Under the pieces are notes generated by a model. It was not told the DNA's origin. It searched no databases and saw only the letters and a program-made list of their open reading frames with translations. Positions 1 to 12,307 of a stretch of 64,000 nucleotides of DNA are shown here, piece by piece. This DNA comes from Octopus sinensis (taxonomy: Eukaryota), in the NCBI RefSeq assembly GCF_006345805.1, contig NC_043003.1:26784001-26848000 (forward strand), in the 5' to 3' direction. A program made the translations under genes and the position numbers. Numbering within the stretch: position 1 is the stretch's first letter; each line of letters starts with the position of its first letter.

Positions 1-72
1 TTAGTAGATGATATATATATGCATATTCATATGTGTATAAAACAGACAGACAGACACATACACACTCACCCC

Positions 73-152
<80 letters not shown>

Positions 153-689
153 AATGTATAAGTGAGAGAGTTGGTATGTGAAAGCACGTAGCTGGATGTA
201 TAAAATACAAAATCGAGTGAAAAAACTACAGACGACTTGTGGTATATGGTTAAAGAATATATTCAAATCGTTATGTTAGAAAAATGTTATAAAATTTTGC
301 GTATAGTAACATTGTTTTTGGAGAAATAACCGATTTCGTATTTTAAAAAAAAATTTCTTAAATTTCTTTGCCTATATTGTGTCATCTCTTCGCTATGATG
401 TGAAGTATGAGAGTTCCAGACAGGGGAATGTAATCAGGGATTTTTTCGGTGTAAGGGAGATAATAAAAAATGTTGGAAATGACTAGGTTTTATCAACTTA
501 ACATGATTTAGTTTAGAAAGTATAAAATGTTAGAAGTGGTTAGGTTTTGCTTTATATTTTTTTCAATGAGGTTAAGTTTCTTATTTAAAAATGCTAGAAA
601 TGTTTAAGTTTTGGCTTATAATTTTCAATGAAGTAGGTTTCCTTATTTAATCTAACTTATGTTGGTGTTCCAATGGCACATTGATAATA

Positions 690-1255
690 TGGAAAGATTA
701 CAAATTGCGGTACCCTTTAATGGACACATTGAGAAATGCGCAAAGCATTTAAGCATTCGTGAAAAAATACTTGAGACAGTCACAATAGTTAAAGAAAAAT
801 TTTTTAAAGGTCATTAACTATTTGAAACAATTATTTAGATACTGTAATGCCATCAGTCTCTAGACAAATATCGCCATGGGCTAGGATTTGAAGCAATAGA
901 ATTCTGGATAGAAAAATACCAACAAAGAATTCTGGAGAAATTTCCAAAGAGAGATTTCCATTTGAAGGCTTGCAGTTGGTATTTTCAAAACAACTATTTC
1001 TTTGACAAGCATTATTATTTACAAATACAAGGCACTCAATGGAGACAAAGGTCTCACCAACGTTTGCAACTCTAGTAATAGGATATCCGGAAGTGAAAAT
1101 GTGTAAGTTGTCTAGAATTGCTTTTGATCAACATTTCCAAACTTACTTAATAGGGAACTACAAATGATTCTTGGATGACTGCTTCATATGTTGGAACAAA
1201 AGTAATGAGAACTTTGCAAGATTCCATAAATTAATAAACAACGTTTGTGAATTAA
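690..1255 (+). mobile_element. Penelope-like element reverse transcriptase fragment (degenerate)
   Basis: Frameshifted translation gives TNIAHGLGFEAIEFWIEKY, YYLQIQGT..TKVSPTFATLVIGY and FLDDCFICW, matching PLE RT motifs (LYTNI.H, QxxGTAMG, RYIDD). Confidence 0.8.
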
Positions 1256-1260
1256 TATAA

Positions 1261-1584
1261 AGGAGCACTCCGTCGGTTACGACGACGAGGGTCCCAGCTG
1301 ATATGATCAACGGAATAGCTTGCTCGTGAAATTAACGTGCAAGTAACTGAGCAATCTACAGACACGCGTACCTCTAACGTAGTTCTCAGGGAGATTCAGC
1401 GTGACACAGAGTGTGACAAGGCTGGCCCTTTGAAATACAGGTACAGCTCATTTTTGCCAGCTGAAAGGACTGGAGCAACGTGAAATAAAGTGTCTCGCAC
1501 AAGGACACAACGCGTCGCCGGGAATCGAACTCACGAGCTTACAATCGCGAGCCGAATGCCCTAACCACTAAGCCACGCGCCTCC
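1261..1584 (-). mobile_element. tRNA-derived CORE-type SINE (head B, tail X)
   Basis: Reverse complement closely matches the copy at 44032-44350; A/B-box head and CORE-like TGTCCTT..GACACTTTATTTCACGTTGCTCCAGT. Confidence 0.85.
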
Positions 1585-2021
1585 ACAATATATATATATA
1601 TAGGTAGATAGATACGTATATACATACATATACACACATACGCGTGTATCTATTGCTATATATATGTGCAAGTGTAAGAGTGTGTGTATGTGTATACCTG
1701 TGTACGTGTGTGTGTGTGTGTGTGTGCTTACAAAGATAAGGTTGACAATGACCTCCAAGATTTGGTGACTTCCGTTTCCGTCAGTTTGTGAGGCAGTCTA
1801 ACAACGAAGTCCCACAGCAAAAAATGCGAAGTCATATTTTCGTACGAAAATACATGCGATACTATATTTTAAATTTATTGAATAATCCTTCTGTTAATGG
1901 TAGACTATATTTAGATTGGTCGTATAAAAACGGCACTCACGCGCACACAAACAAATACACACATATATAACTGTGTACACATGAGCTCAAACGCGCACTC
2001 ATAAATATTTTAGATTCATAA

Positions 2022-2041
2022 ATTCGTGAAGATTCTAGAAC
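2022..2041. promoter_or_regulatory. Perfect four-unit heat-shock element
   Basis: aTTCgtGAAgaTTCtaGAAc is four alternating nGAAn units; function untested. Confidence 0.4.
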
Positions 2042-2367
2042 GGAAAAGCGACAACTAGTAGTTTTGAATTCAAACAAAGATACGGATTATATCTAGGTCG
2101 CGTGGTCTGTCAATGAGGGGAAACATTTTTGCCCTTCTACTTCCAGAGTATACGAGCACTCTTTATTTCAGACTTAACAAACAATGAACACTACACACAC
2201 ACACGCGCATATACGCACACATACGTATATGTATGCTTGAGTTTATATGTGTGCGTGTCTGCATATGTGTACATATATATCGCCAAATGTACCTATGTAT
2301 ACACTTATATATGTATCTATCTACCTGTATGTAAGTGTATATGCATGTATATATATATATGTGTGTG

Positions 2368-2995
2368 TTAGCAGAAATACCCGTCATTGACAGGATTGAA
2401 AAAAGCTGCAAAAAATTGTACTATGAATATTGAAAGTTATTCACTTAGATTGTATTGAACATATATAAGAAACGGTTAACTTTCATGTAGACGACATAAC
2501 TGTTTTCTTCTGGCCAGTATTATCATGGGTGCATATAAACTCTATGATTTATAATATTTCAGTCTAAATGAAGCGAACATCGCACAGACTTTGGCTTACG
2601 TCTCGTACAAGATAAGTAAATAAAAGTTTGGGGAAAACTAAAATCATATGTACTGTAATTTATTGAACTTAAGTAATACGACTAACAAAAATACAAATAG
2701 CTTTTCTTAAACGAACATAGTGTGACGTTGACAATATCAATTCAAAGATATTCATCATTCTGCAAATTTTAGTTTGTCGATCCCATGGTAAAATCATTCA
2801 CATAGACAATGTTTCGGGTTTTACCAGTAGGGGCAAAAATGAAAAGATTATTCTTGCTTCCCACTGTGGATGTCCCAAAATATAACTGACCGTGTGAGAA
2901 ACAGTCTTTTTCTAATTGCAAACCAGCAACTTTCAATATATTTCCGATTTCAAAGAAATTTGAACAATAGATATGACACAAGTTAAAATAGATTC
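2368..2995 (-). mobile_element. Helitron 3' fragment (PIF1-like helicase C-terminus plus 3' end)
   Basis: ORF 2769-2999: LKVAGLQLEKDCFSHGQLYFGTSTVGSKNNLFIFAPTGKTRNIVY matches the Helitron helicase end; minus strand ends GACGGGTATTTCTGCTAA, a CTAG-like terminus. Confidence 0.8.
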
Positions 2996-3129
2996 CCAAT
3001 AATTCGACTTCTCTGGTTGACTTTAAGACACCCCTAATAGGGGCCTTAACTCTTACATTTTAGAGCTCCATGTGCTCTATGTGATTCATTTTCCAGGAGC
3101 AAAATCCTTTGAATGAGTCTTATAAGATT

Positions 3130-3355
3130 TAGATTTTGGAATCTGGGCGTGAAGATAAGTGGTATGGGATAAATATGTCATGATTAGAATTTTTGCTAGG
3201 GTGTGTAAAGAGGGAAATAACCACCATTAAAATTCTCCATCTCCAATTTTGATAAAATTCGAATTATAGGTATTCCTGTTCAGTAGAGAAAATATAAAAG
3301 AAAATTCTAATTCTTCAGTCCATGTGACATGGGCAACGCCGGGTATCTCTGCTAG
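3130..3355 (+). mobile_element. Non-autonomous Helitron-like 3' end
   Basis: Ends GGGCAACGCCGGGTATCTCTGCTAG|T: GC-rich subterminal motif then CTAG, similar to the terminus at 2368. Confidence 0.55.
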
Positions 3356-3384
3356 TCGCTAACTCCAGAAGTTTTTTTTTTTAA

Positions 3385-3540
3385 TTCTCTCTCTGTTTAT
3401 TTCCTTATGTTCCTTCCTGTTGAAGAGCGTCGGCTCGAAACATAAATGACTTTCTCACCTTCCCGAGCGTCAAACTATTACACCTGCTTGTTGTTTATAC
3501 TCCTGTCTTCGGCTTTTGCTTTTCTGTAAATTTCAACTAT
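3385..3540 (+). mobile_element. Penelope-like terminal repeat remnant with degenerate hammerhead motif
   Basis: CTGTTGA-A-GAGC-gtcg-GCTC-GAAAC at 3417-3441, followed by a T-rich tail running into (TA)n. Confidence 0.5.
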
Positions 3541-3911
3541 ATATATATATATATATATATGAATATATGCGTGTATATATTATGTGTGTGCATGCATGTG
3601 TGTATGCGTGCGACTGTGTGTGCGTACAGTTTGACTTGATTCCATATTATTGAATTGCTTCCATACAGTTTCTAATTTCCCACACAGGTTGTGGGTCGTC
3701 TCCAGGCTACAGGAAATGTCATATGTTAAAGGTGCCACGCAATAGGATCGAACTCGGAAGCCACACAATAGGATCAAACTAGAAACGCAGTTGCGAGGTG
3801 AATTTGTAAGCTGCGAAGCCTTGCTTGCGCTCACACAATTTCATACAGCGTGCATATATGTATTTTACTCGTTCAGATTGCTTCATGTTAAAATACATGT
3901 ATAGAATAAGC

Positions 3912-4380
3912 GCAGGAGTGGCTGTATGGTAAGTAGCTTGCTTACCAACCACATGGTTCCAAGTGGCACCTTGGTGCAAGTGTCTTCTACTATAGCATCC
4001 GGCCGATCAAAGCCTTGTGAGTGGATTTGGTAGATGAATCTGAAAGAAGCCCGTCATATATATATATATATATATGTTTGTGTGTGTATGTGTGTGTGTG
4101 TTGTGTGTGCGTGTGTGTGCGTTTGTGTGTGTTGTGTGTGCGTGTGTGTGCGTTTGTGTGTGTGTATGTTTGTGTGTCTGTGTTTGCCACCCACCATCGC
4201 TTGATAATCGATGCTGATATGTTTACGTCCCCGTAACTCGGCGGTTCGGCTAAAGACACTGATAGAATAAGTACTAGGTTTACAGAGAATAAGTTTTGGG
4301 GTCGATTTTTTTTCGACTAAAGCCGGTGCTCCAGCATGGCCGCAGTCAAATGACTGAAACCAATTAAAGAGTAAAAGAAT
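3912..4380 (+). mobile_element. tRNA-derived SINE type D with internal microsatellite
   Basis: Head AGGAGTGGCTGTATGGTAAGTAGC, internal (TA)/(TG)n, tail CCAGCATGGCCGCAGTCAAATGACTGAAAC..AAAGAGTAAAAGAAT; many copies in window. Confidence 0.85.
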
Positions 4381-4524
4381 AAATACATGTTCAACTTGCC
4401 TGAATTTAAAGTACATGCATACGCATACTTGTTCAAAATGCCACATGTGAAAATGCATGTGCGGAGTACACGTTGAAATACCTTGTTTTAAAATACATGC
4501 TCCGAACACATGCAACGAAAGCGT

Positions 4525-4735
4525 GCTGAAAGGTACCTGGCTCTAAGGGTGTCGTGAAAGGCATGGGGGAGGCCCAAAATTCCGAGTTCTTTTACAGGAC
4601 TTAGAAAAAATGAAGGACTGTTGCAATAAATGTTTGAATCTGAGAAGGGAATATTTTGAATAAAATCGTAATCAACTGATCCTCTTATATTTTCTTTTAC
4701 CCAAAACCATGAACGTTTTAGAACCCCCTTGCACA
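4525..4735 (+). mobile_element. Mariner-like remnant (transposase C-terminus and TIR-like end)
   Basis: KMKDCCNKCLNLRREYFE* resembles the mariner C-terminus (RW.KCI...G.Y.E*), followed by TTTTAGAACCCCCTTG. Confidence 0.4.
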
Positions 4736-5645
4736 TCTTCAAGCTGCCTTAATTTAAAGTACATGTATAGCTTACATGTTCAAAATGCTTTATGTGAAAA
4801 TGCATGTGTGGAGTACATGTTCAAAATGTTTTGTTTTAAAACACATAGATGTTAATCCGTCTCGTGAAAACGTGGAATACATACTCACACTGCTTCATAT
4901 TAAAATTCGTGTAAAGAATACATCTTGAAAACGCTTCATGCCTCAAGTAAAATATCTGTATTATATACATGTGCAGACTTCCTTATGTTAAAATACATAG
5001 AATGCATATTGAAACTGTATCATATAAAATAGCTTACGTAAATGTTGAAAATGCTTCTTGTTAGAATACATACATTGAATACTATTGTTCAAACTGTCTC
5101 GTTAAAATACACATATGGAATACATGTTCCAACTGCTTGAACAGAAAATGTATGCAAATACAATGCCTCATGTTAGAATACATAAAATACGTGTTCAAAC
5201 TGCATCATGTTAAAATGCATGTGTATAATTTATGCTAAAGCTTCTTCATGTTGAAATGCATAAAATTATATAATGAAAATAGAGCGTGTTAAATACAAAT
5301 ATGGAATACATGTTAAAACTGCTACACGTGAAAATGCATGCATTGAATACATATTCAGACAACCCCATGTGAAAGTTCATGAATGAAGTACAATTTCAAA
5401 TGACCTTATGTAAAAAATGAAGGCAAATCCATGTTCAAAATGCTTCATGCTTAATTACATATATGGCATACAAGCTGAAATGCCTCATGTTTAAACACAC
5501 GCAACGAATGCATGTTCAAAATACTTCATGTTAAAATGCATATGTGAAATAGATATTTAAACTGCCTCATGCCAAAATGTATAGGTATGAATTAGAGTTA
5601 TGAAAATATTTTTTATACCGTCTACCTACATTAAGGCATTGACTA

Positions 5646-6144
5646 CAGTCATCCCTCGCTACTTCGCGGTTCAACTATCGCGGATTCACGACTTCGCGGA
5701 TTTTTGAAATATATATATATATGAACGCCTAAAATGTTTCATTAAATCCATTAAAATATTAATAATAAATATTATTTCCTAGTTTAGAAACAACAAAACA
5801 AGCGTAAAATAGCAAAAAAGCATATACAGGGGTATTTGAACTTAAGATGAGCTGTGATTGGTGTAATGGAGAGAGACGACGAATCACAGCTTTGTATTTT
5901 ATAATCTGGCCTGTGCAACAGTAACAATCTTTATTTTTTTTAATCTAAAGTGTTATTGCTTAACAGTTGTCCTTGTTATTAATAGACTACTGTAAAGGAT
6001 GGGTTGTTAACAGTACAGAGAGGGTTTTAAAAGTCCAAATACACGTTAAATAAATACTGTAAATATGGTGTCCCTACTTCGCGGAAATTCAGTTATCGCG
6101 GCCGGTCTCGGAACAAATCTACCGCGATAAACGAGGGATCACTG
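5646..6144. mobile_element. Tigger/pogo-like MITE
   Basis: TIRs CAGTCATCCCTCGCTACTTCGCGG / CCGCGATAAACGAGGGATCACTG, flanked by TA on both sides. Confidence 0.85.
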
Positions 6145-6768
6145 TACTGTTATAACCACAAGTAAACATTATTAAACAACATCCATTAATTCTCTCATGG
6201 TATTTTGTATATTTATTTAATAAACGGTGCTTATTGTCATTGCGTTTCGATGTTGTTCTTTCTGCTGTTGTGGTCGTTATCGCTGTTGTTTAACGCCAAG
6301 ACCTGATAAAGCAGACCTATGTTCAAACATGTTGAAGAAGTAACCAATTTGATGGCTGTGTCCTTCCTCTTTATTCTTACCTTTTTGTGATCTAGCTGCT
6401 ATTTCAAGCAACACCAAACGATCACGTAGAATAGACGAGGCTCCATCACTTGCTCATTATTCTTATTTTTGCGATTGTATTTTTTTTTGTTTTTGTGTTA
6501 TTGCTATTATTGTTGTATGTGTGTTGCTGTTGTTATTGTTGTTGTTGTTGTTGTTTTCATTATTGTTGTATAACCCTCCACCTTTTATTTGACTTGTTCA
6601 AGTCAAATAATCTGTAAAACTAATGAAATAAATAATTGCGAAATAAACAAAGCAATTTTTAATGAACTCCTAATGAATTCTTCATATATTTGCTGATATC
6701 TGTCAAGAATCTGACATATCAGGAATCGAGGAATAAGAAACAAGCGGTTGACAGCTACAATCACACAA

Positions 6769-6810
<42 letters not shown>

Positions 6811-7279
6811 ACACACACACACACACACATACACACTCACACACACACTCACACACACACATACACACACAAGCACTAACACAGTCGCACACATATATAT
6901 ATATATACATACATACACACAACCTCTCATAATGACGTTAAAAAAATCCAAAGAAAACCAAAAGTGAAACCCAAGTGAAATTAATAAATTAAAATGGAAA
7001 TTAACTACAACCATAACTAAAACAAGACAGCAACAACAACTACAATAAGACAACAACAACAACAACAACAATTAGGCTACAATGAAATATTTCCTCAACA
7101 CATGTGTCCATTTTGCTGCCAACTTCAAGAACAAGAAGAATAGTCGCATAACATGCTTTGACACTGTAATGGTGAAGATTCTTTCTGTAACTGATAACAC
7201 AATATGACCTCTTCTTGCTTTTGTTTGTCACACCAACGCCCTCTGTTAGCATTTAATGACATTACTGAAAAGGCAAAAA

Positions 7280-7749
7280 GATCAATCACCACCACTACCA
7301 CCGTCACCTCCACCACCACCAACACGAAGCTACCATCACCACCACGAACACTACTTCAACTTCAGACACCACCAATACCAATACCTCCTCCTCCTCCTCC
7401 TCCACAACCACTATCTTCATCAGCAACAGCAGTAACGACAACTACAACAACACAACAACAACAACAACAACAACAACAACACAACAACAACAACAACAGG
7501 AGCAGTAGCAGTAGCAGCACTCCAAGTGGCAAATTAGGAAGAAGCGATGAAAGACTTTTCATAACTTTTAATAAACATCGCCACACGACGACATGTATGT
7601 ATGAATGTATGTGTACATGTGCGCGCATGTATGTATGTTTGTATATGTGTATGCATGCATATGCGCGTGTGTATATATGTATGTATGCATGTCCGCATAA
7701 ATATGTGTATGAGTGTGTGTGTGTGTATAAGAGAGAGAGAGAGAGAGAG

Positions 7750-7803
<54 letters not shown>

Positions 7804-7825
7804 GTGTGTGTGTGTGTGTGTGTAA
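7280..7825. repeat. Compound microsatellite block (CAC/CCT/CAA/CAG, TATG, AG, TG)
   Basis: Directly visible; explains overlapping low-complexity ORFs. Confidence 0.9.
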
Positions 7826-8089
7826 ATATGACAGTGAAATAAATAAATTCTGAAGCTTAATTATTGATAATAATAATAATAACTCCCAGAGGCGGTGTTC
7901 TGTCAAAAAGTTAACGCTGTAAAGACGGCCCCCATTTCTTAATGTCACTGCCCAAACAAATAACAAAACGAAAGAAAAGAACTACGGGCAGATGATGACG
8001 ACTACAATAAAGTGATATACGCACACTACAATGCAACACTACACCGAAAACATACAAGAATAAACTCAGATAGTAAATACCCAGTAAAA

Positions 8090-9570
8090 TGAAAAGCATG
8101 TGTCATAGAGGCCCGATACCCTACAGAAGAACACAACTCACACTACATACACAGCTGAAAACCCTGGTGGTAACAGGGAAAATGAGGCTGGACCTTTAAA
8201 GGAAGGCCTCTCACTCGGAAGTGTTTCAGTACAGATGCAGACTGACCACAGCTGTTATCCTAAGACAGCATCAGCAGATAATAGAGTAAGAAGAAGGAAG
8301 TGGACCAGCAAAGAAATAGACTGGTGATGCAATGATACTTAGAAAGTGAACCTAAAAGAAGGAGTTATAGAAAACAGATGTAGCGACGGGTATGTTTGAA
8401 CTGACTGAGCAGAGGCTAGTAGACAAAGCAAATTCGATTAGGAGAAAAAAGTGGACGGTAGCACTGGAGATGGAAGAGATCACGGGAGAGTTGGAAAAGA
8501 AAGGCCAAGCTGTAGGAAAGCCAAAAACAATATACCAAAGATGAACCTCAAAGAAATAATAATAATAGCACTACCAATCAGGGAAGGACAACTTCCACCA
8601 ATGACTTAAGCGATTTAAGTGAGGAAGATCAGAAGATTTTACATGAGTTGCAGGAAGCAATGAGTAAAGAAGAAAGAAAAATATTACCAGTATTAAAAGG
8701 TGCCAATAGAAGACGTTGCTAGATATGACAAGGAAAGTAGATTCTGTCATCAGTAAGTTAGATACTAAAACTAAAGGTGACACTAATTTATTGATCTATG
8801 CAAGAAGGGTAGTAGTTACTAGAAGATTGGGTGTTCCTCAAGGGAAGATTAGGAAAGAGCAAATGTGGAGAAGGAGATTAGAAAATAAAGTGATGACTTT
8901 AAGACAAAATCTGAGTATAATACAAGTCTGGAAACTGAAAAAGTCAAGAAGCACAAGATTTAAGTTTTCCTCTGAGAAAGAGAAAGGGTTTCGGATAATC
9001 CTGGAAGAGTTGAAACAGTGTATCATGGCAATAGCAGGTAAGCTTCCAGATATCAGAAAAGAATAGATCCGTATCAACAGAACAGATTGTTTGAGACCAC
9101 GAGACCACAAGAGATATTGTGGCCAAATAAATAACGCAGGAGAAAGTACTGGAGGTGAGAAACTTAATGCAGAAGCTAGAAAGTTCTGGTGTAATATTGT
9201 AGTTAATTTGGATTAGCTAGTCAATCACAATGGAGATACAGCATGGTTAAAGAAAGTAAGGTAAGAAGTAGTTAGTGAGAAACAGCTAGATTTAAGACTA
9301 ACTTGTGCATTAATGAGTAAAGTGTTAGGAAAATGCTGATTTAGGACCCAGGACCAAATTTAGTTCAAGAGCGCTGGTTAAAGAAATTTAGTAGCTCGGT
9401 GAGTACATTGACATTGACAGTCAAAATTAGCTGCCAGAAGAACATAAAGGTTTAGGAAGAAGGCTAGAGGAATGCACGATCTATTATACATAGACAAATC
9501 AGTTCTAGAAGAAGTGAAATCTAGAAAGAAAAAATTCAACAATAGCATAGATAGATTATAAGAGACCCTA
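8090..9570 (+). mobile_element. R4/Dong-like non-LTR retrotransposon, degenerate 5' ORF part
   Basis: RRKWTSKE, YLESEPKRRSYRKQM, TEQRLVDKANSIRRKKW, LEELKQ and a PGP.LVQ..WLKKF RT-entry motif; many stops and frameshifts. Confidence 0.75.
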
Positions 9571-9598
9571 TGACATATATATATATATATATATGGTG

Positions 9599-9758
9599 GT
9601 ATGACGGGCTTCTTTCAGTTTCCGTCCACCAAATCTACTCACAAGGCTTTGGTTGGCCAGAAGCTATAGAAAACACTTGCCCAATATGCCGCGCTGTGGG
9701 ACTGAACCTAAAACCATGTGGTTGAAAAACAAACTTCTTACCATGCTGCCACGCCTGC
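9599..9758 (-). mobile_element. SINE type D, 5' part
   Basis: Reverse complement of the type D head and body. Confidence 0.7.
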
Positions 9759-10605
9759 ACCCACCAAGTTTAGCTACTTCGTGTTCTACAGTTAAAAGCA
9801 AACATATATGGCATGAAGCAAGAACAACTGCCTACGGTCAATCAAGAGACACCTTAGAGATCCTGGATTATCCTTACTGCCAATGGAAAGGGATCTAACA
9901 GTAGAAAATAACAGCGAGCTCTCTCTCAAGTCAAGGCAGCGGATTGACAGTATTAGTTGAATAGAATGTCACGTAGTGTTTGTTTTCACGCTCTGCGCTC
10001 TAAATGCATATACTGCCGAGATCCACTTTGCCATTTATCCTTATGGAGGGGTTCGATAAAAATGTGTACTAAACGTACATGATAGGTTGGCGGAATTATC
10101 TGAGAATCGAACCTTATGGTATTTGTTTGGGTTCTCTGTGGTCTGAGAGCAACCTGTTCAACCAAACTGCTACCAGGATCGGTCCAAGTCGTCAGCCTTT
10201 CTCTTGGATAGACATAGTTGACAGGGAGAGATGAGACTTACAGCACGGACAACAACAAATCTTCCTCAAACTAGCTTGCCCATACCTGCATATACATGTG
10301 CAGATGCATAGTCAGCACTGACTGATGGAAACCCTCCTTTACCTCACACCCTATCGTTTTAAACAGATGGAGGACTGTTGATATTGATTCCGTTGTGGAG
10401 ACTACCATAATGTATAGGTGTACTGCGACTAATTGGACACTGGCGAGAGAGAACAATGTGTGAGAAATGTTATATCTCACTTCATACGATTTATCACTGT
10501 ATCTTATGATATCCAAGACTTAGACTTAGCCCTGTTATGAGCCCTAGGACTCGTAAGACCGGACCTTAACCCGGTTTCCATTGAGTGTAAATGATAGGTT
10601 ACATT

Positions 10606-11151
10606 TGTCACGAGTGGTATAGTGTTAATGAAAGATGCGAGATGCTGGTTTGTTGAGTGTGGTCCTCACAGATTATATAATGGCGCACAACACTCTTGAA
10701 CAATTAACCGAATTTTATTCACCGCTCAAAGTATATTCCATGCTGGTCTTGATTTTAAACTGCAACAATATGTTTACACTCTGGAAGGACATTTCGGTAG
10801 TTATTGCAAAATAGTGATTTAAGTTGCTTAAGTAGGTTCTATGAATACACTGTCACGACAGGAAAAAATAACACGCTGAGTTCATGACCGCAAAACAGTA
10901 ACTGCTGTCTATTAGGCTGAGTAAGGAGTCATTAGAACGACTGTTAAACGCAATAAAGTGAGAATGTGGTTTGCATGGCGGCGATTGCCCACAAACTGAA
11001 ATTTGGCGCACAAAGCATGCTTATTTATAAGCCTCGTTAGGACACTCTCTAGAAGATTCTAGAATGTTGCTGTGCGTGATGTTTCGGTGCTTATTGGTGA
11101 TACTAAGCTGTGGCTTTTACTTGAAAACTTCGGTATCGAATCCGCTACACA
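10606..11151 (-). mobile_element. Solo LTR
   Basis: Minus strand begins TGTGTAG and ends CGTGACA; flanks ACATT/ACAAT (5-bp TSD, 1 mismatch); internal TATAAATA, TCAGT and downstream AATAAA in LTR order. Confidence 0.7.
10995..11069 (-). promoter_or_regulatory. HSE-TATA-Inr promoter within the solo LTR
   Basis: cTCtaGAAgaTTCtaGAAtgTTG (11047-11069), TATAAATA (11029-11022), TCAGT Inr 32 nt downstream of the TATA start. Confidence 0.55.
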
Positions 11152-12011
11152 ACAATTTCTCCTGACCGGACGACAGTCCGACGCGGTGTTAACCCCCAAG
11201 CTATTCAGAAAGCATTAACAGCTGAATAGACTGGAACAACATAAAGTTTTTTGTTCGAGAACACAACACACTACCCTGTCCGGGAATCGAAACTACGGTC
11301 TTAAGATCGTGAGTGCAACACCTTAACCACTGCGCTTACGTTTCCAAAAAGTAAAGCAAAAAAGAAAAAAAAAACATGATCGTCAAAGCCTGGAACATTT
11401 TTGATGACAGCTTTGTTTAGTTTACGTTATCCAGGAACTAAACAACAACAAACAACAAAAGGATAATGTCCAAAATTCTTAGACAAAAATATTTACACGG
11501 AACAAATGCCGACTCATTATTTATAATAGAAACAGTGGTACAAGCGTAATGTACTGACACAGCAATCTCAGTTTGTTCCAGAATATAACTTTTAATTGTT
11601 TAGCATTAACCCTTTTGTTTTCCATGTTGCTACTATGACCTGTAATTTTTACTTACATCTACAATAGAACAGTCATCAAAGCATTTTCGCTATTTCCGGC
11701 AATACACGTCATCATCATATGACATTATCACATGACATTAACGTATGACATTAGCATATGAGTTTTATTGTTTCTTTACCTTGGGGTGGAAGTGGAATTT
11801 GCTTGTTTTCGAACTCGACAAATATTTGTCATAAACTGGGTCGCTTTGAGCCCATCTGAGTATTCAGCTGAGAATATTAAAAGCTCGTGTGCAATTACTC
11901 AGTCATTCATTTATAATATGTAACACAATGAGTCGGGGCAGTTGAAGAACGTTTTATCGTCATAAACCAACTGCTGCATCTATATATATATATATATATA
12001 TATATCACACA

Positions 12012-12307
12012 GTGACCGACCAGGCTATCATATGTTGCTACACATCGCTGGTCACAATACGCTTCGCATTGTTTTAGCCTTCAAATGACGCCACCCCGCT
12101 GGCTAAGCGAGCAGGTCAACAGAAGAAAGAGTGAGAGAAAGTTGTGGCGAAAGAGTACAGCAGGGATCGCCACCACCCCCTACCGGAGACTCGTGGAGCT
12201 TCAGGTGTTTTCGCTCAATAAACACTCACAACGCCCGGTCTGGGAGTCGAAACCGCGACCCTACGACCGCGAGTCTGCTGCCCTAACCACTGGGCCATTG
12301 CGTCTCC
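12012..12307 (-). mobile_element. tRNA-derived SINE head A with alternative tail Y
   Basis: Head and body match 14297 to about CTCTCACTCT, then switch to GTTGACCTGCTCGCTTAGCCAGCGGGGTGGCGTCATTTGAAGG, also found at ~32500-32625. Confidence 0.8.

Larger units (their letters stand above)
3865..5585. repeat. Degenerate ~17/35-bp minisatellite interrupted by a SINE and a mariner remnant
   Basis: Recurring CATGTTCAAAATGC / TTCATGTTAAAATGCAT variants; ~110-bp block duplicated at ~4392-4500 and ~4740-4850. Confidence 0.7.
10540..11340 (-). mobile_element. Old CORE-type SINE split by the solo LTR
   Basis: tRNA-like head at ~11280-11340 (GGGAATCGAAACTACGGTCTTAAGATCGTGAG..CCTTAACCAC), CORE remnant; tail appears to resume left of 10606. 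Confidence 0.5.

Noticed and set aside
4380-5585. CRISPR-like array or any prokaryotic system
   Set aside because: Repeats are degenerate with no unique spacers or cas genes; the context is eukaryotic.
7204-7842. 212-aa poly-T/P/Q ORF
   Set aside because: Runs through unrelated microsatellites; low-complexity artefact.
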